The notes: generated by a model from the letters alone, not told the origin. Shown: positions 9,794 through 19,751, counted from the stretch's first letter. The stretch: DNA of 56,818 bases from an uncultured virus (IMG/VR IMGVR_UViG_3300030117_008055) (IMGVR_UViG_3300030117_008055:62001-118818), one strand, 5' to 3'. Program-made: numbers and translations.

Positions 9794-10966
9794 ATGCTTT
9801 TTCAAACGCTTGATAACAAAAGGGAGTGTTATGCAGTCTACTCCGATGGAGAGCTTTATCACTACCCTAATAATTTACACATGACGGAAACTTGGGATTG
9901 GACATGTCACGCTCCGCCTAATGTTGACTTTGCACAAGTGTGGTGTAACGGAAAAAGTCTAAGTGAGGTATGCCCGGAAGAACTTAAAATTAGTTTACAG
10001 CATATCCAAAATAAAGCTCGGGCTTTTTTTAAATCATTTCAATCTTCAAAAATGTCAATGGATGATGTGTGCTTTTATGATTTAGTTCCAAAAAATTTTT
10101 TGTTAGATTATTGCAATATTAAAAATGAAATATCTAAGCATGTTTTTTCTAGCTACCAAAAACCAAAAAACTATGACTTTTTAGTTGAGCTTGTAGAGAT
10201 GCTTGATGATATATCTTGTCACACGTTGAACTTTGACCACACAAGACTATCATCATTATCAGCAGCCGAGCACAAAAAAGCATTGGCGTGCAATAATTTA
10301 AAAAAAATATTTTATAATCCATGGGGTAGTGTTACGGGACGGCTAACCACGAGACCTAATAGCTTTCCAATACTAACACTGCCTCGTACTTTACGCTCAG
10401 GCCTGACTCCAAACAATGATCTTTTTGTTGAGCTAGATTACAATTCTGCAGAGATGAGAACAGCGTTTGCTCTTCTGGGGATGCAGCAGCCGGAAAATGA
10501 TATTCATGATCATCTTAAAAGCGAGGTCTTCAATGATAAGCTTAGTAGGGATGAGGTTAAACAGAAAGTTTTTGCTTGGCTTTATAATCCAAAAGCTAGC
10601 AATAAAAAATTGCAAAAGTTTTTAGACAAAGAAAAGATTCTAGAAAAGTATTACACGTCTGGAGTTGTTAAAACTCCATTTGATCGCGACATACAAGTTG
10701 AGCCAGAAAAAGCATTGAATTATCTAGTTCAAAGCACCACTAGTGATTTGTTCCTAGCACAAGCTATCAAGATATATAATATGCTTAAAGATAGCAACTC
10801 TCATATTGCTTTTTGCATCCATGACAGTTTAGTGCTAGATGTTGAAAGATCTGATAGGCAGTTGGTGTCAAAAATAATCTCTGTCTTCTCACAGACACCG
10901 TATGGTCATTTTAAAACAAACGTCTCTTTTGGTAAAGATTTTGGCACTATGAGGAAAATTAAATGA
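9794..10966 (+). CDS. Miniature family-A DNA polymerase-like protein
   Basis: TGRLTT, motif A (VELDYNSAEMR), motif B (RDEVKQKVFAWLY), ALNYLVQSTTSD and motif C (IHDSL); only 390 aa, with no recognisable exonuclease domain. Confidence 0.8.
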   Translation: MLFQTLDNKRECYAVYSDGELYHYPNNLHMTETWDWTCHAPPNVDFAQVWCNGKSLSEVCPEELKISLQHIQNKARAFFKSFQSSKMSMDDVCFYDLVPKNFLLDYCNIKNEISKHVFSSYQKPKNYDFLVELVEMLDDISCHTLNFDHTRLSSLSAAEHKKALACNNLKKIFYNPWGSVTGRLTTRPNSFPILTLPRTLRSGLTPNNDLFVELDYNSAEMRTAFALLGMQQPENDIHDHLKSEVFNDKLSRDEVKQKVFAWLYNPKASNKKLQKFLDKEKILEKYYTSGVVKTPFDRDIQVEPEKALNYLVQSTTSDLFLAQAIKIYNMLKDSNSHIAFCIHDSLVLDVERSDRQLVSKIISVFSQTPYGHFKTNVSFGKDFGTMRKIK

Positions 10967-11811
10967 ATGTGATAGGTTTAGGAGAGGCAGGCTGTAAAAT
11001 ATCTCATTATCTTAGCAAATATGATGATTATCAAACATTTCAGATCGATGTAGAAAATAAGCAATATGATAATTTTATAAAAATTAAAAAATTAGATAGC
11101 CATGAAGATTATGAAGCAAAGTACAAGCCTTTAAAAATAAATGTTGCCAATGGGCTTGATACGTTTTTAATACTGTCGGGCGCTGGTGCAATATCGGGTG
11201 CTGTTCTGAGAATATTAGAGCAGCTAGACAATAACAATGTTAAAATTATTTATATAAAGCCTAGACTCTCAGAGCTTTCCAGCTTGCAAAAGACTCGCCA
11301 TAGAATTGTAAGTCAAGTGTTGCAAGAATATTGTAGATCTGCAAAACTAAAAGAGTTTACAATTATCGATAATTCTCTGATTGAAGATTTATTGCCAGAG
11401 ATACCGCTTGATGATTATTGGAGCCCAATCAATCAACTTATAGGTGATACATTCCACATGATTAACTTTTTTAATAAAAGCGAGCCTCTTTTGAAGAGTA
11501 GTAATGCTGTGCCTAAAACTGCAGTCATGTCGACTTACTCTTTAGTTGACTTTTCAAACATGCAGGAAAAAAAATTGTACGATTTATCTTTCCCCAGAGC
11601 AAAAAGTTATTATTTTGCTCTAGGAAAGCAGTTTATTAAGGATAATAAAGACATTTTGACACAGGTACGACAATTTATATCTTTGAATGACAGTGAAAAC
11701 TGTGATTGCTCTTATGAGATTCATCAGACTGATTACGATCAAAACTATGTGTATGGATATCATTATGCAAGTTTTGTTCAGGAGCAAGATAAAAACTTGT
11801 TTACAAGTTAA
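10963..11811 (+). CDS. Divergent tubulin/FtsZ (PhuZ/TubZ)-like protein
   Basis: N-terminal VIGLGEAGCKI, degenerate signature loop SGAGAISG, IYIKP, IIDN and INQLI. Confidence 0.65.
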   Translation: MNVIGLGEAGCKISHYLSKYDDYQTFQIDVENKQYDNFIKIKKLDSHEDYEAKYKPLKINVANGLDTFLILSGAGAISGAVLRILEQLDNNNVKIIYIKPRLSELSSLQKTRHRIVSQVLQEYCRSAKLKEFTIIDNSLIEDLLPEIPLDDYWSPINQLIGDTFHMINFFNKSEPLLKSSNAVPKTAVMSTYSLVDFSNMQEKKLYDLSFPRAKSYYFALGKQFIKDNKDILTQVRQFISLNDSENCDCSYEIHQTDYDQNYVYGYHYASFVQEQDKNLFTS

Positions 11812-11828
11812 TAAAGAGTGTTTATTAT
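11799..11828 (+). promoter_or_regulatory. Sigma70-type promoter for the SSB gene
   Basis: GTTTAC-N18-TATTAT. Confidence 0.55.
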
Positions 11829-11890
11829 ATTAACTGCAGATAGTTGGAATATTTGCCAGCTATACTATACCTTAAATAAAGGAGATAACA

Positions 11891-12631
11891 ATGGGTATTG
11901 ATTTAACAAAAATGAAGGCAAAGCGCGATGCCTTAGAGAATCGCGACACCGGTAAGACCGTTTTTTGGCGACCGGAAGATGGTGAACAAACTATCAGGAT
12001 TCTACCGCCCTCAGATGGAGACCCCTTTAAGGAGTATTGGTTCCATTACAACTTGGGCAAGAATGCTGGTTTTCTAAGTCCTAAGAAGAACTTTGGCGAA
12101 GATGATCCGTTGAATGATTTTATTCGTCAGCTCTTCAAGGATGGCTCTGAAGAGTCGGTCAAGATGGCTAAGAACCTCTCAGCGCGCCAGCGCTTCTTCT
12201 CTCCTGTAATTGTACGTGGAGAGGAAGAAAAAGGGCCGCGGCTGTGGGGTTTTGGCAAGATGGCCTACAAGGAGCTTCTGAATCTCGTCCTCAACCCAGA
12301 GTATGGTGATATTACTGATGTGACTGAAGGCACTGACCTTGTTATTAATTATGGCAAGCCAGCAGGTGCACAGTTCCCTCAGACTACTATCACCCCTCGT
12401 CGTCGTCCTTCTGTTCTCTCTGAGTCTGAGGACGAGATTCGTACTTGGCTAGACGGTATTCCAGATGCGGATGAGGTGTTCGAGCGTAAGACGCCTGAGC
12501 AGGTTCAATCGATGCTAGATGAATTCTTGCTCGGCGCCGGCGATGCGGAAGAGACCTCAACAGAGGCTACCCATTACGGTAATTCCACTACGCAAGTTGA
12601 CAAAGCTTTTGAGGAGCTTCTCGGAACCTAG
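11891..12631 (+). CDS. Single-stranded DNA-binding protein (T4 gp32-like)
   Basis: FWRP...IRILP, LWGFGK, YGDITD..EGTDL and an acidic C-terminal tail; strong AGGAG RBS. Confidence 0.85.
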   Translation: MGIDLTKMKAKRDALENRDTGKTVFWRPEDGEQTIRILPPSDGDPFKEYWFHYNLGKNAGFLSPKKNFGEDDPLNDFIRQLFKDGSEESVKMAKNLSARQRFFSPVIVRGEEEKGPRLWGFGKMAYKELLNLVLNPEYGDITDVTEGTDLVINYGKPAGAQFPQTTITPRRRPSVLSESEDEIRTWLDGIPDADEVFERKTPEQVQSMLDEFLLGAGDAEETSTEATHYGNSTTQVDKAFEELLGT

Positions 12632-12639
12632 CGCATCAC

Positions 12640-12669
12640 CGCAGGGAGGCACGGGTTACAGGTGCCTCA
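12640..12669 (+). other. Conserved RNA hairpin element, copy 1
   Basis: CGCAGG-GAGGCAC-GGGTTACAG-GTGCCTC-A; a near-identical copy with a compensatory change lies at 53427. Confidence 0.7.
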
Positions 12670-12697
12670 TTTTTATTTAATACTTCTAGTTATTTGT

Positions 12698-13015
12698 ATG
12701 GAAGTGTTGCTTCATGCGCTCGTAACCGCGTCGGTGTTTTTACTAGGTGTAGTAGCCGGTGCTCTAATAGAGAATGCAAGAATGAAGTATCTAGATAGAT
12801 TAAAATATCTTGAAAAAACAACACAAGAAATTCTTTTGCCTCTTGCAAACAAGATAAGTCATATAGATGCTAGACAAAATTTTAGGCCTCCAGTGAGAGA
12901 AACATGGGTTGATTATGAAAAACTAGACCCAGACGAAACACTGGAGTTGCCTAAAGAATATCTAGAACAGTTAAACTTAAGAGGTAAAAATGGCGAAGGC
13001 AAAGAAGTTAGGTAA
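12698..13015 (+). CDS. Small membrane-anchored hypothetical protein
   Basis: N-terminal hydrophobic helix; ATG 12698 preferred to the GTG inside the hairpin. Confidence 0.55.
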   Translation: MEVLLHALVTASVFLLGVVAGALIENARMKYLDRLKYLEKTTQEILLPLANKISHIDARQNFRPPVRETWVDYEKLDPDETLELPKEYLEQLNLRGKNGEGKEVR

Positions 13016-14105
13016 GCTAAACTTATCAGAGATGCGCAATCTGATTAATAAAAAAGCTGGTATGGATGTTGCGCACAATTTAACACAAGATAATCCAACG
13101 GAAGTAAAAGACTGGATCCCAACAGGTTCTAGGTGGCTTGATAGTATTATCTGTCGAGGCAAGCCGGCAGGAATCCCTGTAGGAAAAGTTGTAGAAATCG
13201 CTGGACTTGAAGGATCGGGCAAGTCTTATATGGCCGCTCAAATTGCTGCCAATGCTCAGAGCAAAGACATTGATGTTATTTATTTTGACTCTGAGTCGGC
13301 TATTGATCCTACTTTCTTGAAAAATGCTGGTTGCGATCTTGAGCGGCTGCTCTATGTACAAGCTCAGAGTGTTGAGTTTGTTTTAGAAACAATCGAGGAA
13401 CTTTTAGGCTCTAATGACAATAGAATGTTGTTTGTCTGGGATAGTCTAGCTCTGACTCCGGCGATTAGTGATGTTGATGGAGACTTCAACCCTCAGTCAT
13501 CAATGGCCATGAAGGCTAGAATTTTGGCTAAAGGCATGTCTAAATTGACTGTTCCGATTGCTAACTCACAATCAACTTTCTTAGTTCTTAACCAGCTTAA
13601 GACGAACATTCCTCAAGGCCCAGCTGCTCGAATTGAGGCTATGACTACTCCTTATATAACTCCTGGTGGTAAAGCTATGCATTATGCATATTCTCTAAGA
13701 ATTTGGCTTACTGGCAGGAAAGCAAAAGCTAGCTATATTCAGGATGATCATGGATTTAGAATTGGTTCTGAAGTAAAGGTTAAACTTAAAAAGAGTCGCT
13801 TTGGTACTGAAGGGCGAGAGTGCACTTTTAAAATTGTTTGGGCTGGCAGTGTTGGCATCCAAGACCAAGAATCTTGGCTTGAGGCTGTAAAGGGATCCAA
13901 TAATATCGTTCAGCGAGGCGCCTGGTATGAGCTAGTGTACGAAGATGGTACAACTGAAAAATTTCAAGCAGCTAAGTGGCTAGAGAAACTTCAAAGTGAG
14001 AAGTTTAAAGATAGGGTTCTTCAAATTATGGATGAAGAAATTATCATGCGCTTTGAGAAAAAAGAAGGCAATGCTGATGATTTCTACAATGTTGATCCCG
14101 AATAA
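12990..14105 (+). CDS. recA: RecA/UvsX recombinase
   Basis: Walker A GLEGSGKS, FDSE, VWDS, LNQL and TPGGKA. Confidence 0.93.
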   Translation: MAKAKKLGKLNLSEMRNLINKKAGMDVAHNLTQDNPTEVKDWIPTGSRWLDSIICRGKPAGIPVGKVVEIAGLEGSGKSYMAAQIAANAQSKDIDVIYFDSESAIDPTFLKNAGCDLERLLYVQAQSVEFVLETIEELLGSNDNRMLFVWDSLALTPAISDVDGDFNPQSSMAMKARILAKGMSKLTVPIANSQSTFLVLNQLKTNIPQGPAARIEAMTTPYITPGGKAMHYAYSLRIWLTGRKAKASYIQDDHGFRIGSEVKVKLKKSRFGTEGRECTFKIVWAGSVGIQDQESWLEAVKGSNNIVQRGAWYELVYEDGTTEKFQAAKWLEKLQSEKFKDRVLQIMDEEIIMRFEKKEGNADDFYNVDPE

Positions 14106-14109
14106 ACTC

Positions 14110-14138
14110 GCTTACTAGCCATCTTTTGTGTCTATAAT
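14110..14138 (+). promoter_or_regulatory. Sigma70-type promoter, probably producing a leaderless mRNA
   Basis: GCTTAC-N17-TATAAT; ATG 14145 is 6 nt downstream and has no SD. Confidence 0.6.
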
Positions 14139-14144
14139 ATAGAC

Positions 14145-14588
14145 ATGCCAACAACGTTACAAAAAAATCATACCAATATTGATGGCGTAGATGTAGACTT
14201 GTCCAAAAGACAAAAGCGTTTTTTTGAGCTTGCAAAAAATATTGCCCATGGCAGCAGCTACGATAAGTTGCGCCATGGTGCAGTCCTTGTGCGAGGAGGG
14301 TCTGTTATTAATGCAGCTTGCAATAAAGACAAATTCTCTTCTTTTGGGTCTAGGTTTCGCTCTCCTGACACGGGTCCAGGAACACACCATGCTGAGCTAG
14401 GCTGTGTCTTAGGAATATCTCGTGAGGTGACATCAGGCGCTGATATTTATGTTTGCAGGGTAAATAAAAAAAATGAGTTTAGACTTAGCAAGCCCTGTCA
14501 AATGTGTCATGATATCTTAAAACACGTTGGCGTTAAAAGAGTATATTACACAACTGATAGCGGAAGTGTAAAAATGTACAAACTTTGA
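14145..14588 (+). CDS. Zinc-dependent cytidine/dCMP deaminase-family protein
   Basis: HGAVLV, HAE and PCQMC motifs. Confidence 0.85.
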   Translation: MPTTLQKNHTNIDGVDVDLSKRQKRFFELAKNIAHGSSYDKLRHGAVLVRGGSVINAACNKDKFSSFGSRFRSPDTGPGTHHAELGCVLGISREVTSGADIYVCRVNKKNEFRLSKPCQMCHDILKHVGVKRVYYTTDSGSVKMYKL

Positions 14589-14619
14589 ACTATTTATTAA
14601 ACTCAAAGGGGAGAGCATT

Positions 14620-14952
14620 ATGGACAGTCTAAAATCAGTTGTTAAAGAATACCTAAGAGACACTCTTTACGAGGCAGATGTTGTAATGAGAAGTGATCGA
14701 TCAAAGCGATTGACACTAATTACTGACAACCTTAGAGGGATTTGTGGGATTACAGTATGCACTGTGAAAGAAGCAGCAAAGAAAGTTTCTAAGACTGTTG
14801 AAGTAACGCCTCTTAAAATCAAGTTTCATATGGTTGAGCCAAATATGCAAAGGCAATTAGCTAGGATGCAGATAGAGGCTCGAAAAATTGATGGAATATA
14901 CTCTTTTATCGCGACAAAAGTTGGAAAGGTTAAAAACAGAATTTATCGCTAA
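14620..14952 (+). CDS. Hypothetical protein (candidate late/head protein)
   Basis: Preceded by ACTATTTA; N-terminal LKSVVKEYL...LYE. Confidence 0.55.
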   Translation: MDSLKSVVKEYLRDTLYEADVVMRSDRSKRLTLITDNLRGICGITVCTVKEAAKKVSKTVEVTPLKIKFHMVEPNMQRQLARMQIEARKIDGIYSFIATKVGKVKNRIYR

Positions 14953-14964
14953 TAAGAGGTTAGA

Positions 14965-15951
14965 ATGAAAAACGAAGGACGTATGCTGATTATTGATCAG
15001 CTTAACTTATTTTTTCGAAACTATATTGTAAATCCAAGTCTTTCACTTCAGGGCCAGCCTATTGGGGGCCTCCGTGGTTGCATTCAGAGTTTGCAAAAGC
15101 TAGTTCGTGAAACAAATCCTGATATGATTGTTGTTTGCTGGGATGGCGCAGGCGGCTCAAAGAAGAGAAAGCTTCTACAGAAAGATTACAAAGCAGGCCG
15201 AAAGCCTATCCGTCTGAATAGAGCAGTAAAAAACTTGTCGGAGCAACAAGAAGTTGAAAATAAAATCTGGCAACAGATGAGGTTGGTTGATTATTATAAT
15301 CAATTGCCAGTCCTGCAGTTTATGTTTGATTCAACCGAGGCAGACGACATTATTGCACACATAAGCCAGGACGCTCGTTTTAAAAACTGGCAGAAAATTA
15401 TTGTGTCAAGCGATAAAGATTTCTTTCAACTTTTAAACGAGAGCACGGTTTTAATGCGTCCTATTCAAAAAGAAGTATTAAATAAAAATTCAATCATTGA
15501 TAAATTTGATATTCATCCGACGAATTTTGCTATGGCCCGTGCGCTAGTAGGCGACAAGTCTGATAATATTGAAGGCATTCCAGGCCTAGGTCTAAAAACT
15601 GTTGCAAAAAGATTTCCAATATTTAAAGATGAGAAGTCTGTGACTTTTTCTGATCTCATATCTTTTTGTAAAGAGCGCTTAGAAGATAGCAATATTAAGG
15701 CATACAAGAGCGTCTTAGACAATGAAGATGTCATTAGAAACAATTACCATATGATGCAGCTTTACACTCCATTAATGTCTATTAACAGCAAAAACCTTGT
15801 ATATGAAACTTTAGCTAACCCAGATATGTCCTTTAATAAGACAGGGTTAACAAAAATGATGCTCAAAGATGGATTTGGGGAAATCAACTTTATCGACTTA
15901 TTTGCACATTGTAAAAAGATTTCTGTGTACAATAAGCAAGATTGTGCTTAA
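14965..15951 (+). CDS. 5'-3' exonuclease / T4 RNase H-like flap endonuclease
   Basis: LIID, WDG, YKAGR, EADDIIA, SSDKDFFQL and GDKSDNIEGIPGLGLKT. Confidence 0.92.
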   Translation: MKNEGRMLIIDQLNLFFRNYIVNPSLSLQGQPIGGLRGCIQSLQKLVRETNPDMIVVCWDGAGGSKKRKLLQKDYKAGRKPIRLNRAVKNLSEQQEVENKIWQQMRLVDYYNQLPVLQFMFDSTEADDIIAHISQDARFKNWQKIIVSSDKDFFQLLNESTVLMRPIQKEVLNKNSIIDKFDIHPTNFAMARALVGDKSDNIEGIPGLGLKTVAKRFPIFKDEKSVTFSDLISFCKERLEDSNIKAYKSVLDNEDVIRNNYHMMQLYTPLMSINSKNLVYETLANPDMSFNKTGLTKMMLKDGFGEINFIDLFAHCKKISVYNKQDCA

Positions 15952-15969
15952 AATTGTAGAGAGGTAATT

Positions 15970-17334
15970 ATGACAGAATCAATAAGTTTTTCCCGTTATG
16001 GAAAACAATTCCAAGAATCACTATCGCAGCTTATTTTACAAGACAGGCCCTTTGCAGATCAGATCGAGGAAGTGCTAAATGTTAGCTTCTTTGAGCTTAA
16101 ATATCTTAGAGTGTTTGTATCTTTGATTTATGACTATAGAAATAAATATGGCGTGCATCCAACTGACAAGATTATTGCGTCCATACTTCGCACTGAGCTT
16201 GACAGCCACTCTGATACAACTCAGAAGCAGACCAGAGATTTCTTCGCCAGAGTCTTAATTAAGAATGTCCAAGATGAGCAATATATTAAAGAAACTAGTT
16301 TAGATTTCTGTAAGAAGCAAAAATTAAAAGAAGCACTTATGAAGTCTGTAACTTTGATACAAAGCTCTTCATACGATGAAGTAAAACACCTAATTGACGA
16401 GGCGCTTAAGCTTGGCACTGATAATAATTTTGGCCATGACCTTATAAAAGACTTTGAGCTTCGCTATGAACTAAAGGCTCGTGGCCCTGTCTCCACTGGA
16501 TGGGACAAGATAGACAAGATCACTAAAGATGGCCTAGGCATGGGCGAGCTTGGAGTTGTAATTGCACCTACAGGTGCAGGAAAATCAATGGCCTTGGCTC
16601 ATCTTGGTTCTCATGCGGTTAAGAGTGGTAAAAATGTAGTGCATTATACGTTAGAATTGAGCGAGTCAGTTACAGGGCAAAGATATGACAGCTGTATATC
16701 CTCAGTTCCGCTATCTATGCTATTTGGGCACAAAGAAGATGTTCTAGAGGCTATATCTGATATTAAGGGTTCGTTGATTGTTAAAGAGTATCCAACAAAG
16801 ACAGCAACCACCAATGTAATCAGGGCTCACTTAGAAAAATTAAAAAAACGTAATCAAAAAATTGATATGATTATAGTAGATTACGCCGATTTGCTAAGAC
16901 CCACTACACATTTCAAAGAGAAAAGGAACGAGTTAGAGTCTATTTATGAAAACTTGAGGGCTATTGCTCAAGAATTTAACTGTCCAGTTTGGACAGCATC
17001 TCAAACTAACAGATCAGGACTAAATGCTGAAGTTGTTACAATGGAATCTATTTCGGAGGCTTTTAACAAGTGCTTCGTTGCAGACTTTATCTGCTCTATA
17101 TCTAGAACTAGAAAAGACAAGAATGCGAATACTGGAAGAATGTTCGTTGCAAAAAACAGAAACGGACCAGATGGTATGGTATTTCCCTTGTTCATGGATA
17201 CAAGCAATGTTAGCATTAAGGTATTAGAGCAGACTGATGAGCCAACACAGGCTAGCATGTCTCCTAAAGAGCTTGGCGATAATTTGAGAGAAAAATACAA
17301 AGCTTTTAGAAAAACACGGAAGGAGAATACTTAA
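15970..17334 (+). CDS. dnaB: Replicative DnaB/gp41-like helicase
   Basis: APTGAGKS, YTLELS, IIVDYADLL, TASQTNR and KNRNG. Confidence 0.92.
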   Translation: MTESISFSRYGKQFQESLSQLILQDRPFADQIEEVLNVSFFELKYLRVFVSLIYDYRNKYGVHPTDKIIASILRTELDSHSDTTQKQTRDFFARVLIKNVQDEQYIKETSLDFCKKQKLKEALMKSVTLIQSSSYDEVKHLIDEALKLGTDNNFGHDLIKDFELRYELKARGPVSTGWDKIDKITKDGLGMGELGVVIAPTGAGKSMALAHLGSHAVKSGKNVVHYTLELSESVTGQRYDSCISSVPLSMLFGHKEDVLEAISDIKGSLIVKEYPTKTATTNVIRAHLEKLKKRNQKIDMIIVDYADLLRPTTHFKEKRNELESIYENLRAIAQEFNCPVWTASQTNRSGLNAEVVTMESISEAFNKCFVADFICSISRTRKDKNANTGRMFVAKNRNGPDGMVFPLFMDTSNVSIKVLEQTDEPTQASMSPKELGDNLREKYKAFRKTRKENT

Positions 17335-19190
17335 TGGATGTATCAAATAGAATTTTATCAGATATCACAGTTTACATGAAATATGCACGCTACTTGCCCG
17401 AGAAACAAAGGAGAGAAACGTGGGACGAGTTAGTAACGCGCAATAAAAAAATGCATATTAAAAAATATCCCTCTTTAAAGAAGGAAATTGAAAGCGCGTA
17501 TAAATATGTTTATGAAAAAAAAGTATTACCGAGCATGCGATCCATGCAATTCGGCGGTAAGCCGATTGAAGTGGCACCTAACAGGATATACAACTGTGCT
17601 TACCTTCCTCTCGATCATGCTCTTGCTTTCAGCGAGTGCATGTTTCTTCTTCTTGGCGGAACTGGTGTCGGATTTTCTGTACAAAAACACCACGTTGAGA
17701 AACTACCTGAGATCCAAGCCCCAAGCACGAAAAGGACTAGACGCTATTTGATAGCTGATTCAATTGAAGGCTGGGCTGACGCGGTAAAGGTTCTTATGAA
17801 TTCTTACTTCAAGGGCGGTTCCCGCATTAGATTTGATTTTAGTGATATCCGTCCGAAGGGTGCGAGACTACTTACTTCTGGAGGCAAGGCTCCTGGCCCG
17901 CAGCCTCTGAAAGAATGTCTTTTAAAGATCAGGGGGATCTTGGATGGCAAAGAGGTTGGCGATCAGCTCGAAACTATCGAAGTTCATGACATTGTTTGTC
18001 ATATTGCTGATGCTGTTCTTGCCGGGGGGATCCGTCGCGCTGCTCTTATTTCACTATTCTCGGCCGATGATGAAGAAATGCTTGCCGCAAAAACTGGTAA
18101 CTGGTGGGAAGCAAACCCTCAAAGAGGGAGAGCAAACAACTCTGTTGTCTTGATGCGTCATAGAATCACTGAAGAGTATTTCAAGAATATCTGGGAGCGC
18201 GTCAGGGCCTCAGGCGCCGGCGAGCCGGGATTCTACTTCTCTAACGATAAAGACTGGGGCACTAATCCATGTTGTGAGATTGGCCTTAGACCATATCAGT
18301 TTTGTAATCTTGTCGAGATTAACGCGTCAGACCTTTCAAGCCAAGAGGAGTATGAGGATAGAACTCGTGCAGCAACTTTTATTGCAACACTGCAGGCAGG
18401 CTATACAGATTTTCACTATCTAAGAGATGTCTGGCGACGCACTACTGAGAAAGATGCCTTAATTGGTGTTTCGATGACAGGAATAGCATCAGGCAGAGTT
18501 TTAGAACTTGATATGAAGGCTGCTGCGCTTGTTGTCAAAAAAGAAAACAAAAGAGTTGCTAATGAGATAGGTATTAAACCAGCGGCACGCACCACCTGTG
18601 TTAAGCCTGCTGGCACGACCTCACTAACATTGGGTACCTCTTCTGGTATTCATGCTTGGCATAATGATCACTATGTTAGAAGAGTCAGGGTGGGGAAAAA
18701 TGAGTCCATCTATACACATTTACAAATTCATCATCCTGAGCTTATTGAAGATGAGTTTTTCAGGCCACATGACACTGCAGTTATATCCGTCCCTCAGCGT
18801 GCACCAGATGGCTCTATCACAAGAAACGAATCAGCGCTTGACTTATTAGAAAGGGTGCGTATGGTTTATAAAGACTGGGTTAAGTCTGGACACCAAAGGG
18901 GACAAAATACACATAACGTTTCGGCCACAATATCAATAAAGGATGAAGAGTGGGATCAAGTTGCAGAATGGATGTGGAAACACAGAGACATTTATAATGG
19001 TCTTTCCGTGCTGCCATACAGCGATCACACGTACAAGCAAGCACCATTTGAGGATTGTGATCGTGAAACATATGATAAACTGTATCAACTACTAAATGAG
19101 GTTGATATTACAAAAATTGTCGAATTTGATGATGACACAAACCTTTCTGGAGAGCTGGCATGTGCTGGCGGCGCTTGTGAGATAAAATAA
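17334..19190 (+). CDS. nrdJ: Class II (B12-dependent) ribonucleotide reductase
   Basis: NCAY, GTGVGFS, TNPCCEI, VKPAGTTS and C-terminal ACAGGACEI; no beta subunit nearby. Confidence 0.85.
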   Translation: MDVSNRILSDITVYMKYARYLPEKQRRETWDELVTRNKKMHIKKYPSLKKEIESAYKYVYEKKVLPSMRSMQFGGKPIEVAPNRIYNCAYLPLDHALAFSECMFLLLGGTGVGFSVQKHHVEKLPEIQAPSTKRTRRYLIADSIEGWADAVKVLMNSYFKGGSRIRFDFSDIRPKGARLLTSGGKAPGPQPLKECLLKIRGILDGKEVGDQLETIEVHDIVCHIADAVLAGGIRRAALISLFSADDEEMLAAKTGNWWEANPQRGRANNSVVLMRHRITEEYFKNIWERVRASGAGEPGFYFSNDKDWGTNPCCEIGLRPYQFCNLVEINASDLSSQEEYEDRTRAATFIATLQAGYTDFHYLRDVWRRTTEKDALIGVSMTGIASGRVLELDMKAAALVVKKENKRVANEIGIKPAARTTCVKPAGTTSLTLGTSSGIHAWHNDHYVRRVRVGKNESIYTHLQIHHPELIEDEFFRPHDTAVISVPQRAPDGSITRNESALDLLERVRMVYKDWVKSGHQRGQNTHNVSATISIKDEEWDQVAEWMWKHRDIYNGLSVLPYSDHTYKQAPFEDCDRETYDKLYQLLNEVDITKIVEFDDDTNLSGELACAGGACEIK

Positions 19191-19200
19191 GGAGTAAAAA

Positions 19201-19452
19201 ATGAGCGACGAATTTACAAAAGAAGAGTATATTGTTGAGTATATTAAAGCCTTGAAGGCTGTTGAGGATGAAATGGAGCCATACAAAGAGCATAAAAGAG
19301 ACCTTAGAACAAACTATGCTAAGAATGGATGGCTAACTAAGGACGAAATGCGTCAAGCTGTCCGCGCTTATCGTATGCTCAAAAAAGGAGACGACATCAA
19401 TGAGTTCGTTGACTACTTTAAAAAGATCAGCGGCAGGGTTTCAGGAGTGTAG
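19201..19452 (+). CDS. Small dsDNA-binding protein (T4 DsbA/GapR-like)
   Basis: Helical pattern YIKAL..VEDE...KRDL...AKNG...MRQAVRAYR. Confidence 0.5.
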   Translation: MSDEFTKEEYIVEYIKALKAVEDEMEPYKEHKRDLRTNYAKNGWLTKDEMRQAVRAYRMLKKGDDINEFVDYFKKISGRVSGV

Positions 19453-19453
19453 C

Positions 19454-19735
19454 ATGCTTTATCCATTGAATAAATATTTAGTTGTTAAGCCAATTCAAGA
19501 TAACGAAAAAGATAATCACTCTACAGTTTTAATCCCTGATGGTGTTGATATTAAGAAGTCGACTTTTTGCCTAGTTGAGCTAGTTGAGCCGAATGTTAAT
19601 TCCACTCTGCGTGCTGGGATGAAGCTTGTAACACAAAGCCACCTTCTTGAATCAGCAGAAATTGCTGGAAATACTTACTATTTATTATTAGAAAATTATG
19701 TTGTAGGCTTTCTAGGCGCTTCCGAGGAAAGCTAG
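19454..19735 (+). CDS. groES: GroES-like co-chaperonin
   Basis: MLYPLNKYLVVKP, VLIPD mobile loop and YYLLLENYVVG; ATG 19454 with GGAG RBS. Confidence 0.7.
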   Translation: MLYPLNKYLVVKPIQDNEKDNHSTVLIPDGVDIKKSTFCLVELVEPNVNSTLRAGMKLVTQSHLLESAEIAGNTYYLLLENYVVGFLGASEES

Positions 19736-19751
19736 AAAGACTGGGTTAAAG

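Noticed and set aside
10963..11811. Nucleus-forming (chimallin) jumbo phage inferred from the tubulin
   Set aside because: No chimallin or multisubunit phage RNAP is recognisable here, and the promoters are host sigma70-type; tubulin alone is insufficient.
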